From the NCBI GenBank assembly GCA_038087875.1, contig CM075992.1, positions 1,118,001 through 1,182,000 of the forward strand: a stretch of 64,000 nucleotides of DNA, read 5' to 3'. The stretch's first letter is position 1. Each line of letters begins with the position of its first letter. Origin of the DNA: Malacoraja senta. Its lineage: Eukaryota. Below, in pieces: positions 25,620 to 38,370 of the stretch. The translations under genes were made by a program, and so were the position numbers. The notes under the pieces are model-generated. The model worked only from the letters and a program-made list of their open reading frames with translations. It did not search any database and was not told the DNA's origin.

Positions 25620-26010
25620 TAAGATTATAAGAAACATATAAAATTATAAAAGGACTGGACAAGCTAGATGCAGGTTAAATGTTCCCAATGTTGGGCGAGT
25701 CCAGAACCAGGGGCCACAGTCTTAGAATAAAGGGGAGGTCATTTAAGACTGAGGTGAGAAAAAATGTTTTCACCCAGAGAGTTGTGAATTTGTGGAATTC
25801 CCTGCCACAGAGGGCAGTGGAGGCCAAGTCACTGGATGGATTTAAGAGAGAGTTAGATAGAGCTCTAGGGGCTAGTGGAATCAAGGGATATGGGGAGAAG
25901 GCAGGCACGGGTTATTGATTGGGGACGATCAGCCATGATCACAATGAATGGCGGTGCAGGCTCGAAGGGCCGAATGGCCTCCTCCTGCACCTATTGTCTA
26001 TGTTTCTATG
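25620..26010 (+). mobile_element. CR1/HER1-like LINE 3' end
   Basis: MFPMLGESRTRGHSLRIKG...GYGEKAGTGY plus tail. Confidence 0.88.
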
Positions 26011-26284
26011 TAACAACAAGAACATCTAGCTTCTCCCAATGACCAGCGCGCAGAAGAAACCTGTCAAACTGTTGACAATGCCTAGCCCAACATGCAGGAG
26101 GAGCTTGCAACAAAGCTGCACTGATACCATTAAATGCAATGTTCTTTCCCAGATTGTTGATCAGTACAATGCAAGAAGTTTCCCCTCTTCATTGCCCTGC
26201 TTTTACCCAGTTTGCCTGTTCTCTCTGTATACTGCTCCTTCACCAGTAGATAGCAGCCTTATTATCCATCATCATATATAGAGA

Positions 26285-26768
26285 CATAGACAATAGGTGC
26301 AGGAGTAGGCCATTCAGCCATTCAATGTGATCATGGCTGATCATCCCCAATCAGTACCCCGTTCCTGCCTTCTCCCCATATCCCCTATCCCTAAGAGCTC
26401 CATCTAACTCTCTTTTGAATGCATCCAGTGAATTGGCCTCTACTGCCTTCTGAGGCAGAGAATTCCACAAATTCACAACTCTCTGGATAAAAAAGTGTTT
26501 CCTCGTCTCCGTTCTAAATGGCCTACCCCTTATTCTTAAACTGTGGCCGCTGGTTCTGGACTCCCCCAACATGGGGAACATGTTTCCTGCATCTAGCCTG
26601 TCCAATCCCTTAATAATTTTATATGTTTCTGTAAGATCCCCTCTCATTCTTCTAAATTCCAGTGAATACAAGCCCAGTTGAGCCATTCTTTCATCATATT
26701 TCAGTCCCGCCATCCCGGGAATTAACCTGGGCTGCACTCCCTCAATAGCAAGAATGTCCTTCCTCAAA
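26285..26768 (-). mobile_element. CR1/HER1-like LINE 3' end
   Basis: LRKDILAIEGVQ...GYGEKAGTGY; inverted relative to the 25620 copy. Confidence 0.88.
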
Positions 26769-26844
26769 CCCAGCACTGACTATCCATCTGAGCATCTCTA
26801 AGTAGATGGTTGCCTTTCTTCTTGGATGTCTGGAGGCTTTGTTA

Positions 26845-27140
26845 AGTTTAGTTTAGAGATACAGGCCCTTCAGCCCATCGAGTTCGTGCCGACCAATGAT
26901 CCCTGCACACTAACACTATCCTACACACACTGGGGATAATTTACACTTTTACGCGAAGCCATTAACCTACAAACCCGCACGTCTTTGGAGTGTGGGAGGA
27001 AACTGGAGCATCTGGAGAAAACCCACGCGGGTCACATGGAGAACGCACAAACTCCACACAGACAGCACCCGTAGTCAGGATCGAACCTGGGTCTCTGGCG
27101 TTGTGAGGCAGCAACTCTACCGCTGCGCTACTGTGCCGCC
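26845..27140 (-). mobile_element. HE1-like V-SINE
   Basis: Full-length match to the other copies. Confidence 0.82.
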
Positions 27141-28966
27141 TTGTGGAATTGTGGGACACTGTTCGAATCATTGTGAAAGAATAGACCTCTATGACTTCAA
27201 GGGGTTTAACCCTGACTGTTACATTGATACTCATGCTTACAGATAACTGATCAGTAAAGGTTAAATTAATCTATTCAGTGGGGGAATGGAGACTTGTTAG
27301 AACGTTACGGAATGATGGGGGTTGTTGAAGTTTCCAGCTCAATTTCAATACTAGTGTCTGGTATTGGACTTGGGACCTCTCCTTGACCTCACCCAGTACC
27401 ATAGTTATTGGTGCTTCCTTACCCAGCAGCAAATTAATTACACTTTAGCCTTTCTTTAATTAATTGGATTTTGTGGGAAATTGACAACTGTTCCACATGT
27501 TTAGTTTAGTTACAGCGTGGAAACAGGCCCTTCGGTCCACTGAGTCCGCGCCGACCAGCTGGCCCACACACACTAGAGACAATTTACAATTTGACCAAGT
27601 GTGGTCTTTGGAGTGTGGGTGAAACCGGAGCACCTGGAGAAAACCCACGCAGGTCAAAGGGACAAGGTACAAACTCCGGACAGACAGGCAGCACCCGTAG
27701 TCAGGATCGAACCTGGGTCTCTGGCTCTGTAAGGCAGCAACTCTACCGCTACGTCATTGTGCCACCACATGCACACTGTGCCACCACATAAATCTTGCTC
27801 AACAGGGTTACTAGTTGCTGTTGCTCTCCCCATTAGTCTTGCTGTTGAAATTAAAACTTTGCAACAGGTTCTTCATGAGAGGATTGCTACAATCCTTCTT
27901 TGCTAGTCAGAGATGAGTGCAGACAGCAGGAACACCAGCCATAATTACACTCTGCCTGGTTTTGTCACTTTATTCATGCTTAATCCTAACAACCATTTTC
28001 CATTACAATATTTTATCGACCAGAAATAATGGCACAAAATTAGCCCATTAGCTAAGCTGACATTTGGTGACTCCCATTTCTGGCTGCAGTGGGTTTGGCA
28101 ATTTACATGCATCAGGACAGCTAGGCCAGCTAACCTTCTCGATATTAACATCATGATGTCTCCACCCCTTCATAAGTGGCTGTTTATCCACTCAAGGCCT
28201 AATAGGCATTGGTTATTCCACGCCCGAACCAGCCCTCCTCACCTTGGTTCTCCAACATTTATTCACCTTGCCCCAATAAGGTAATCCATCTAAATGTTGG
28301 CATTTTATTTGACCCCATGATACAACAGCACTTTGGGGAAGAGAGTCCCACGCTTCCATTACCCTCTGGTTGAAGAGGTGCTTCCTGACATCGCACTTGG
28401 ATGAACGAGCTCCACATTTTAGTGTCAGTTTAGTTTAGTTTATTGTCACGTGTACCGAGGTACAATGAAAAGCTTTTGTTGCTCGCTAGCCAGTCAGCGG
28501 GAAGACAATCGAGCCATTTACAGTGTTTTTGATACATGATAAGGGAATAACGTTTAGTGCAAGGTAAAGCCAGCAAAGTCCGATCAAGGATAGTCCGAGG
28601 GTCACCAATGAGGTAGATAGTAGTTCAGCCCCGCTCTCTGGTTGTGGTAGGATGATTCAGTTGCCTGATAACAGCTGGGAAGAAACTGTCCCTGAATCTG
28701 CAGGTGTGAGTTATCACACTTTTTTGCCTGATGGGAGAGGGGAGAAGAGGGAGTGGCCGGGGTGCGAATGGTCCTTGATTAAGGTTTGGGTTTGCCACAT
28801 CTGACTCTGCACTCTCCGAATAGACGCAAGGATTTTACTCCCAAACCCCTAACATCTATTCCAATTATCCTCTCAAATCAGTCAGAAGCATTTTCTTCTT
28901 CGTTTCAACAGGGTGCAAGTCAATGTGAACCAGTCTCACAGTTTAACCTGTTCAGCCTCAATGTCT

Positions 28967-29820
28967 CTCTCTGATGAAAGTGACTCTCTGATGAAAGTGA
29001 CCCTCTGATGAAAATGACTCTCTGATGAAAGTGACCCTCTGATGAAAGTGACTCTCTGATGAAAGTGACCCACTGATGAAAATGACCCTCTGATGAAAAT
29101 GACCCTCTGATGAAAATTACCCTCTGATGAAAGTGACTCTCGGATGAAAGTGACTCTCTGATGAAAGTGACCCTCTGATGAAAGTGACTCTCTGATGAAA
29201 GTGACCCTCTGATGAAAGTGACTCTCGGATGAAAGTGACTCTCTGATGAAAGTGACCCTCTGATGAAAGTGACTCTCTGATGAAAGTGACCCTCTGATGA
29301 AAGTGACTCTCTGATGAAAGTGACCCTCTGATGAAAGTGACCCTCTGATGAAAGTGACTCTCTGATGAAAGTGACTCTCTGATGAAAGTGACTCTCTGAT
29401 GAAAGTGACTCTCTGATGAAAGTGACCCTCTGATGAAAGTGACTCTCTGATGAAAGTGACTCTCTGATGAAAGTGACTCTCTGATGAAAGTGACTCTCTG
29501 ATGAAAGTGACTCTCTGATGAAAGTGACCCTCTGATGAAAGTGACCCTCTGATGAAAGTGACTCTCTGATGAAAGTGACTCTCGGATGAAAGTGACTCTC
29601 TGATGAAAGTGACTCTCTGATGAATGTGACTCTCTGATGAAAGTGACTCTCTGATGAAAGTGACTCTCTGATGAAAGTGACTCTCTGATGAAAGTGACTC
29701 TCTGATGAAAGTGACTCTCTGATGAAAGTGACCCTCTGATGAAAGTGACCCTCTGATGAAAGTGACCCTCTGATGAAAGTGACCCTCTGATGAAACTCTT
29801 CCTCTGATGAAACTCTGATG
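28967..29820. repeat. 17-bp minisatellite (CTCTGATGAAAGTGAC[T/C])n, about 50 units
   Basis: Visible directly; highly homogeneous, with T/C variant units. Confidence 0.98.
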
Positions 29821-30266
29821 GCAGATAACACGTGCTCCCGAGGTGCAGTGTAGAGCAGTGGATTTGAACCAGGATGGACTGCAAAGTCCCATATTTACTT
29901 CAGGGGATGATGAGAGGAACTGGTGGAGGTGGGTCTTACCTCCCACGCCCTCGAAATCAGCTGTGGGACATGGCCCCTTGGAATGAGGGCTGAAGAGGGC
30001 TGGGCATGGAGCGGGTCATCGGACCACGGGAGGCGACGGCTGCAACGGATCTTTGTGGCCATCTGCAGCTGGGACTGTAGAACGATGTCGCAATGGCACC
30101 TCCATGTGTATTGTACTGACCACTGTGATGGTGCTTATGTACGGGGATAGTTTGCAAAAACTACATTTCACTGTATCTGACGCACGTGCCAATAAAGAAA
30201 CCATTTTTACCTGACCAAGTTTTATCCACACATTGCCCCTCCATCTCTCTGCTCAACTGTATTTAC

Positions 30267-30370
30267 CTTCTGTGCGACTTGGTTTACCCAGGGTGAGGTA
30301 CAGTTGCTGAAGTCAGGTCCTCTTGGGCTCCAGAGTCCGAGTGAGACCAGGCAAAGGTGGGAGGCTATAC
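30267..30370 (-). CDS. ADGRL1: ADGRL1 exon, HormR domain (104 nt, phase 1-0); not in the ORF track
   Basis: tgttgcag|GT ATA GCC ... CAG AAG|gtaaat. [35 protein letters not shown]. Confidence 0.95.
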
Positions 30371-31371
30371 CTGCAACATAGAGACAGGGGCATCACCGTC
30401 TTGGGCAGCATTGCCAACTTGCCGTTCACTTACTGAAGGGTTATGACCATAAGACACAGGAGCAGAATTAGGCCATTCGGCCCATCGAATCTGCTCCACC
30501 ATTCAATCATGGCTGAACTATTTTTCCTTCTCAACCCCATTTTCCTGCCTTCTCCCCATAAACCTTACTCACCTCTCAATCTCCACTTTAAAAACACCCA
30601 GTGACTTGGTCTCCACAGCCATCTGTGGCAATGTGGCAATGAATTTCACAGATTCATCACCCTCTGGCTAAAGAAGTTCCTCCTTATTTCCTTTCTAAAG
30701 GTACATCCTTTTATTCTAAGACCAAGATCTCAGGTGTTAAACTCTCCCACTATTTAGTTTAGTTTAGCTTAGTTTAGAGATACATAGTGGAAACAGGCCT
30801 TTTGGCTCACCGAGTCCACTCCGACCCCCGCACACTAACACTTTCCTACACACATGAGGGGCAATTTTACACTTATACCAAGCCAATTAACCTACAGAAC
30901 AAACCTGTATGTCTGAAGAAGGGTCTCGACCCGAAGCGTCACCTTCGTTCCATAGATGCTGCCTCACCCGCTGAGTTTCTCCAGCATTTTTGTCTACCTT
31001 TGTATGTTATTGGAGTGTGGGAGGAAACCAGAGATCTCTGAGGTCATGGGGAGAATGCACAAACTCCGTACAGACAGCACCCGTAGTCGGGATCGAACCG
31101 GGGTCTCTGGCGCTGTGAGGGAGCAACTCTACCGCTGAGCCACCGTGACCGCCACCATGACCACAGGTATAATCTGCTCAACCTGCCAACCTCTGTAACC
31201 TCAGCCCACATCCAGGGCTTTGTAGCTCACAGCAGTCCTGTACACCTTGTGTCTGCTGTGCCCATTTCATAGCTGAGACCTGATCAGGCAACATTACTGA
31301 CGTAATTAGGCAGCACAGTGCAGGGATTGCTTCTCCACTTGCCCTCTATCCTGCTCCAACTTATCACTTAC

Positions 31372-31668
31372 CTTTAGTCCCCTTGGGACATGGGCGCTCC
31401 ACCAGAACCCCCTGCTGTGTCGATGGCCACTTGATGCCCCTGGTCTCAGTGGGGTCACAGTACCTCTGCGGGGAAGGCAGCAGGTTGGAGAGGGGGGTGC
31501 GGCTCGTGAAGGGGACGATGGGAGTGATGGGGTGTTGCTCCGGGATCAACTGGTTAATCGCACCCACGGCGATGGTGGTGAGGGGCGCTTTCCTGGTCGT
31601 GGTTGTGGTGATCACCGTGGTTGGCCTGGCCGCCCCTGTGCTGCTCGTGGAAGCCATCGTGGCTTGTG
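31372..31668 (-). CDS. ADGRL1: ADGRL1 exon, Ser/Thr/Pro-rich linker and start of HormR domain (297 nt, phase 1-1)
   Basis: ttctctgcag|CA CAA GCC ... AAA G|gtaagt. AQATMASTSS...APLTTIAVGAINQL...KWPSTQQGVLVERPCPKGTK; the APLTT..VGAINQL motif is ADGRL1-like. Confidence 0.95.
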
Positions 31669-31703
31669 CTGCAGAGAAAATACCAATCATTAATTATCTG
31701 TCA

Positions 31704-32163
31704 AGGGCCTGTCCCACGGGCATGCGACTCCATGCGGCAAGCGCTAGCTACCAAACCGGAAGCGGGGGCCGCGCAGAGGTCGAGTGACGTGAAGACGGTG
31801 CGTACGGCGGCGAGGCGGTGCGCACGGCCGTTGAGGCGGCTGCGTACAGCGGCGAGGCTGTGCGCACGGCCGTCAATGCGGTGCGCACGGCCTCGAGGCG
31901 GCTGCGTACGGCGTCGAGACGCTGCGCATGGCCAACAATGCGGTGCGTACCGCCTCGATGCGGCTGCGTACGGCGTCGAGACGCTGCGCATGGCCAACAA
32001 TGCGGTGCGTACCGCCTCGATGCTGCCGTGTTGCCGCACGGAATTTTTGAACACGGTCAGTTTTTTGGAGCCCCGCGCGATGTCGGGACCAGCTCCGCAC
32101 AACTCCATACGGCTCCGGCGATCGAAGTGGGACCGGCCCCACGACCTCCGTGGGACAGGCCCT
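31704..32163. mobile_element. Harbinger-like MITE, CpG-rich, just upstream of an ADGRL1 acceptor
   Basis: TIRs agggcctgtcccacgg / ccgtgggacaggccct; TCA duplicated at 31701-31703 and 32164-32166; internal tandem duplication of ~60 bp. Confidence 0.8.
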
Positions 32164-32202
32164 TCAAACATCTGATCAATACCCAGCCAACAGATATTTC
32201 AA

Positions 32203-32672
32203 TGCCCCTGTTCCAATACCTAAAGGGGCCGCTCCTTGCCTTCTGGCTGCATTTCACACCCACCATCCTCATCTTTGGACCCCCTGTGCGTAGGGGAGAG
32301 GGTAGGGTTGAAGATGTCCTGGTTGGGTTGCTCCTGGGCCTGGCCAAGCTGGCCATGCGCGAGTCATGGCGCCAGGCGGAAGAGGGCTCTGCCCCGGGCC
32401 GGCTGCCTGCCCCCTTTTCCGGGGTTACGTCCGTGCCCGGGTGGTGTTAGAGAGGGACTACGCACTGGGGGATTTCCGGGACCGCTGGGGACAGAGTGGG
32501 GTGGAAATCATTCTCAATAGGGATTGAAACATACTTATATAATACTCAGTATAGTTGATATTGAAGAATTGTTTTTCTTTGCACGAAGTTTTTTTTTTGG
32601 TATTTTTGTGCGTATTTTTTGTAAATAGTTAAATAAAATTATTTTTTTGGGTTAAAAAAACAAAGCATAAAA
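32203..32672 (+). mobile_element. Tx1/L1-clade LINE 3' fragment
   Basis: PLFQYLKGPLLAFWLHFTPTILIFG...LLLGLAKLAM; aataaa and A-rich tail; 14-bp TSD aacagatatttcaa (32189-32202 and 32673-32686). Confidence 0.8.
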
Positions 32673-32778
32673 AACAGATATTTCAAGAACCTCTTTCACT
32701 GCATACGGGTGCCACTGGCATTTATTATCTCTAATTGATTCGAGAACATTGTGGTGAGCTATCCTCTTAAAGTCCATC

Positions 32779-33060
32779 GTTTAGTTTAGTCTGGAGATAC
32801 AGGGCCCACCGAGTCCACACCGACCAGCGATCCCCCAACATTAACACTATCCTACACACACTGGGGACAATTTACACTTATACCCAAGCCAATTAACCTA
32901 CAAACCTGGAGTGAAGGAGGAAACCGGAGCACCCGGAGAAAACCCACGCGGTGACAGGAAGAACGTGGAAACTCCACACAGACAGCACCCGTAGTCAGGA
33001 TCGAACCCAGGTCTCTGGCGCTGTAAGGCAGCAACTCTACCGCTGCACCACCGTACCGCC
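32779..33060 (-). mobile_element. HE1-like V-SINE
   Basis: Head gggcggtacggtggtgcagcggtagag on the minus strand; tail (ctaaa)n. Confidence 0.85.
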
Positions 33061-33444
33061 CCAGCCAACAGATATTTTAACGTCTGAAGATATCCGAAGA
33101 AGGGTCTCGACCCGAAATGTCACCCATTCCTTTTCTCCAGAGATGCTGCCCGTCCCGCTGAGTTACTCCAGCTTTTTGTATCTGTCTTTGGTTTAAACCA
33201 GCCTCTGCAGTTCCTTCCTACACATAGATATTTTAATAACATCTTTCACAGCATATGGCTGTCACTGAAATATATTATCTGTAATTGACTTGAGAACATG
33301 GCGCAGAGCCGTCTTCATAAAGTCCATATGATGGAAGGAGCTTCTACAGTGCTGTTGGATGAGGTGTTTAATATCTCATCCAAAACACCATGCTTTCAGC
33401 AGTGAGCACTTCCTTGAAATTACTTTGGAAAGGCATGGAAGATA

Positions 33445-33763
33445 AGGGCCTGTCCCACTTACGCAACTTTTTCGGCAACTGCCGGCACCCGTCATAGTCG
33501 TAGCCGGTTGCCGAAGATTTTCAACATGTTAAAAATCCAGCGGCTACCAGAACAAGGTACGACTCTTTGGGCGACTACTCAAGACCGTACAGGCTTCATT
33601 CACCCCGCAAATGTCGCCTGTATGGCCGTGAGTCGTCTCCTCAGTCGCCCAAAGAGTCGTGGCGTCTTTCTGGTCGACGCTGTTGAAAATTTTCGGCGAC
33701 CTGCAACGACCTATGACGGGTGCCGGCAGTCGCCGAAAAAGTCGCGTAAGTGGGACAGGCCCA
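33445..33763. mobile_element. Harbinger-like MITE
   Basis: TIRs gggcctgtcccacttacgc / gcgtaagtgggacaggccc, with extended subterminal palindrome. Confidence 0.75.
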
Positions 33764-34487
33764 TCAGTAGTAGGTAGCAGGAGAACCTCAATCTATGAAG
33801 TAGACAATTCTGCAAAACCCTTCATGTTCCTTAATTCCCTCCCAGGCCCAAGAGAAAATCGTCACAGACCCAATCAAAATCCCTCGGAGGTAGACAAAAG
33901 TGCTGGAGAAACTCAGCGGGTGCGGCAGCATCTATGGAGCGAAGGAAATAGGCGACGTTTCAGGCTGAAACGTTGCCCATTTCCTTCCTTCGCTCCATAG
34001 ATGCTGCCGCACCCGCTGAGTTTCTCCAGCACTTTTGTCTACCTCCGATTTTCCAGCATCTGCAGTTCCTTGTTGAACAAAATCTCTCGGGGACCTTGCT
34101 TCCACGATACAAATCCCAGGGCAACAGTTTTGACTGCAGCCACTCCTTGATTTATGAAAGTGATCATTTCTGGAAAACATTTCACTGTGAAGTTTTGTAG
34201 TATGTAAAGGTCGGTCAGAGGGCATTTGGTACAGCACATTGCTGTGCATGCAAAGCGGTGTGCAATTCATATTAGTGGGAAAAATAGCTTTTTAAATCAA
34301 AACACATAATGCAATGAGCCGAATGGTATTTTAGTAAAGATTCGCAAAATCATATATTTGATAATCAAGGATTACTACACTAGAGGGCGTTACACCAGTT
34401 ACGTTGTGGTGGCAATTCCAAGAGTTTGGAGACATATTACATTTTTATCACAGAGGACATTCATTTAGCAGACTTATGATTACAGCA

Positions 34488-34725
34488 GGTAGACACAAAA
34501 TGCTGGAGTAACTCAGCGGGACAGGCAGCATCTCTGGAGAGAAGGAATGGGTGACGTTTCAGGTCGAGGCCCTTATTCAGACTGAGTCTTGAGTCTGAAG
34601 AAGGGTCTCGACCCGAAACGTCACCCATTCCTTCTCTCCAGAGATGCTGCCTGTCTCTCCGAGTTACTCCAGCGTTTTGTGTCTACCTTCGATTTAAACC
34701 AGCACCTGCAGTTCTTTCCTACACA
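34488..34725. mobile_element. Penelope-like inverted terminal repeat pair
   Basis: Two arms of about 95 bp with a short spacer; the right arm carries an intact hammerhead-like core. Confidence 0.8.
34595..34622 (+). ncRNA. Minimal type-I hammerhead-ribozyme-like motif (representative of many copies)
   Basis: CUGAAGA-A-GGGU-CUCG-ACCC-GAAAC-GUC: CUGANGA and GAAA boxes, 4-bp helix II, palindromic ACGU helix III, NUH triplet. Helix I looks only about 2 bp long. Confidence 0.55.
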
Positions 34726-34807
34726 CTTATCATTACGGCAAGGCAGGATGAATGGAGTTTCCACGAGCTCGTGTTTCTGTTTTAATCAGAATATGGCCAT
34801 ACGCGTA

Positions 34808-35107
34808 GGGCGGCAAGGTGGCGCAGCGGTAGAGTTGCTGCCTTACAGCGCCAGAGACCCGGGTTCAATCCTGACTACGGGTGCTGTCTGTACGGAGTTT
34901 GTACCTTCTCCCCGTGACCTGCGTGGGTTTCTGTGAGATCCACCCACACTCCAAAGACGTACAGGTTTGTAGGTTAATTGGCTTGGTGTAAATCTGAAAT
35001 TGTCCCAATTGTGTGTGGGATAGTGTTAGCGTGTGGGGATCACTGGTTGACACGGACTCGGTGGGCCGAAGGGCCTGTTTCCATGCTGTATCTCTAAACT
35101 AAACTAG
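34808..35107 (+). mobile_element. HE1-like V-SINE, near full length
   Basis: gggcggcaaggtggcgcagcggtagagttgctgccttacagcgccagagacccgggttcaatcc ... tatctctaaactaaact. Confidence 0.85.
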
Positions 35108-37858
35108 CACAAATTTCAAGTGTTTTTCATACAGTAACTCTCCATGATCTTTTGCGCTAATTGAAAACCTCCAGTTTAAATGCAAGTTAGGTCTTTATTC
35201 TTTGGAGCGCAGAAGGTTAAGAGGGGACTTGATAGAGGTCTTTAAAATTATGAGCGGGTTAGACAGAGTTGACGTGGATAAGCTTTTCCCATTGAGAGTA
35301 GGGAAGATTCAAACAAGGGGACATGACTTGAGAATTAAGGGACAGAAGTTTAGGGGTAACATTAGGGGGAACTTCTTTACTCAGAGAGTGGTGGCTGTGT
35401 GGAATGAGCTTCCAGTGGAAGTGGTGGAGGCTGGTTCGATTTTATCCTTTAAAAATAGATTGGATGGGTATATGGACGGGAAAGGAATGGAGGGTTATGG
35501 TCTGAGTGCAGGTGGATGGGACTAGGGGAGAATAAGTGTTGGGCACGGACTAGAAGGGCTGAGATGGCCTGTTTCCGTGCTGTAATTGTTATATGGTTAT
35601 ATGGAATATTTTGGAGGACCAAGAAACCAAGAACCAAGAACCAAGAAACATATCCCACTCAGAGTGCGTTATCACCTCCTCCACAGCCAACAATGGACCA
35701 TCGGTGCTGGCTCTGATTTGTTCCGTACCATTTCATACCTCTCGTTCCCCTGACTCTCAGTCTGAACAAGGGTCTCGACCTGAAACGTCACCCATCCCTT
35801 CTCTCCAGAGATGCTGACTGACCCGCTGAGTTACACCGGCATTTTGTGTCTATCTTCGGTGGAAACCAATATCTGCAGTTCCTTCCTACACATGCTGGAA
35901 GTAGTTTGGCACACAGCACTGGCCACATCTCCCCATTTACTTCATCACCCCAGGTGGTGCCTGCTAATTGTCCCCCTTTGTGGCGCTTTGAAGAGAATAC
36001 TTGAAATTAAACCTTTTTTTTAAAATGTAGGCACACTTGCTGGCAAACATTAAAAGCTTCTGAATATCACTTACAATGGATTACCAAACGGATTAGTGTA
36101 CAAAGTACCTAGAAACTAGTTTGCTGTTGTTTAAATATTATTTCTAGTTATTCAAAATCACGACATTGGTAAAATTACTTATTATTTTGATGATAAACCA
36201 ATTTTCAGCTTTATTGACAAAACTGTACCAAAGTTCTAAGCACATTATGTAACGTTATTTAAATGTAAAAATTAATTACCTCTACCATGCTTGATTGGTG
36301 TTTAGTTTAGATACAGCACGGAAACAGGACCGTTGGCCCCACTGAGTCCGCACCAACCAGCGATCCCTGCACATTAACACTATCCTACACACACACGAGG
36401 GAAACAATTTACAATTTTACCAAAGCCAATTAACTACAAACCTGTACGTCTTTAGAGTGTGGGAGGAAACCGGAGCACCCGGAGAAAACCCACACAGGTC
36501 ACGGCGAGATTGTACAAACTATCGTGTCCAAACCCTTCCTTAATAATCTTATATGTTTCAATGAGATGCCCTCTCATCCTTCTAAATTCCAGAGTATACA
36601 AGCCCAGCCGCTCCATTCTCTCAGCATATGACTTTATTTATTAGCATTTGTTTTTACATATATTAATGATCTGGATTAAAAAGAGAAAATATTGGAAACT
36701 CAGTAGGTCAGGCGGCATGTGTAGAAATGAAAACGGAGTCAAAGTTCGTTACGAAGGGTCTTTGACCTGAAATGTTTCCAGCAAATCTCTGTGTTTAATT
36801 CAGTTTTCCAGCGTCCGGTTTTAGTTTTGATTTTCATTAAAGATATGGGACTTGGTGGGGAGGGAAAGTGGTGGATGGACAGTGGAAAAAAGGCAGCTTG
36901 TCGGTAAAAAAAACCCCTATTCAATTGAGTCATGAAATGAGAGGTGGGCTTTATCGAATGGAGCGTTTAGGAATTTGGCCAAGCAGAGTTGGTATCTCGA
37001 GACAACAGAGCCAGCTCGCAGAATCATCTAAATTCAGGACATGTACACACAACGTTGGCTGCTCCCGTAAGATCATGCGTTGATGATAGATTATAAAATT
37101 ATTTTTTGTTATCCATTTAACATTCCCTTCCACGGGCGACAGTCCATGAACAGTGTGCTCGACTCACTAGGTTAGACAGCACAAATCTGCTCCTACACCC
37201 CTTTGACATGGAGGTGAGACCCAGAATTATTTTAGGCCTTAAATTCCATCTCTCTCAAGCAACAATGCCCCGAATGAATTATTCATCCCACGGCCCGGGT
37301 GATTCTACTTCCAGCAACGAGGCCTACAGGCTACGGTTTTGCATTCTGAAGGCACGCCACTGCCAATGCTCCATCTCTTTTAACCTTTTTTTTTGCTGGC
37401 TGGTTGCCACAGCAACTGAAGGAACCTCATCATAGTTAAGTTCTATTGAAGAAAATGACTGCTGTTAGCTCAGCAACCAAGTCCCAGTGACGACTGCACA
37501 TGGCAATGGATAATCTATCTTTCACTTGGACCCAGAAACGCAGGCTGCTTGATTGGCATCATCTACAGGGATCTGAACCACAAACACATCCACTCCTTTA
37601 TTGGTATAGTGTGGCCGGGCTAGTCATTGTCAAAGGAGGTTTGCATTAGTTAACTAAACCAAACGATGCCTCAGAATTAAAGGACGATCCTTTAACAAGG
37701 AGATGATGAGGGATTTCTGTAGTCAGAGGCTAGTGAATCTGTGGAAATCTTTGCCACAGACGGCTGTGGAGGCCACGTCAATGGATATTTTTAAGGCCGA
37801 GATAGATAGATTCTTGATTAGTATGGGCGTCAGGGGTTATGGGGAGAAGGCAGGAGAA

Positions 37859-38370
37859 TAGAAACATAGAAACATAGAAAATAGGTGCAGGAGTAGGCCA
37901 TTCGGCCCTTCGAGCCTGCACCGCCATTCAATATGATCATGGCTGATCATCCAACTCAGTATCCCGTACCTGCCTTCTCTCCATACCCCCTGATCCCTTT
38001 AGCCACAAGGGCCACATCTAACTCCCTCTTAAATATAGCCAATGAACTGGCCTCAACTACCTTCTGTGGCAGAGAATTCCAGAGATTCACCACTCTCTGT
38101 GTGAAAAATGTTTTCCTCATCTCGGTCCTAAAGGATTTCCCCTTTATCCTTAAACTGTGACCCCTTGTCCTGGATTTCCCCAACATCTGGAACAATCTTC
38201 CTGCATCTAGCCTGTCCAACCCCTTAAGAATTTTGTATGTTTCTATGATCCCCCCTCAATCTTCTAAATTCTAGCGAGTATAAGCCGAGTCTATCCAGTC
38301 TTTCTTCATATGAAAGTCCTGACATCCCAGGAATCAGTCTGGTGAACCTTCTCTGTACTCCCTCTATGAC
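37859..38370 (-). mobile_element. CR1/HER1-like LINE 3' end nested in an older plus-strand CR1 (37665-38412)
   Basis: ORF2 end and (ctatgttt)n tail; host resumes at gaatggggttaggagg. Confidence 0.85.

Noticed and set aside
28920..29946. Three ~300-aa ORFs of SSESHFHQRVTFIRESL repeats; CRISPR-like or hammerhead-like look of the array
   Set aside because: Pure 17-bp tandem repeat with no spacers; CTGATGA and GAAA overlap with no helix II between them; no evidence of splicing into the gene.
34808..34880. tRNA-like A/B box sequences in many places
   Set aside because: SINE heads followed by SINE bodies, not tRNA genes.
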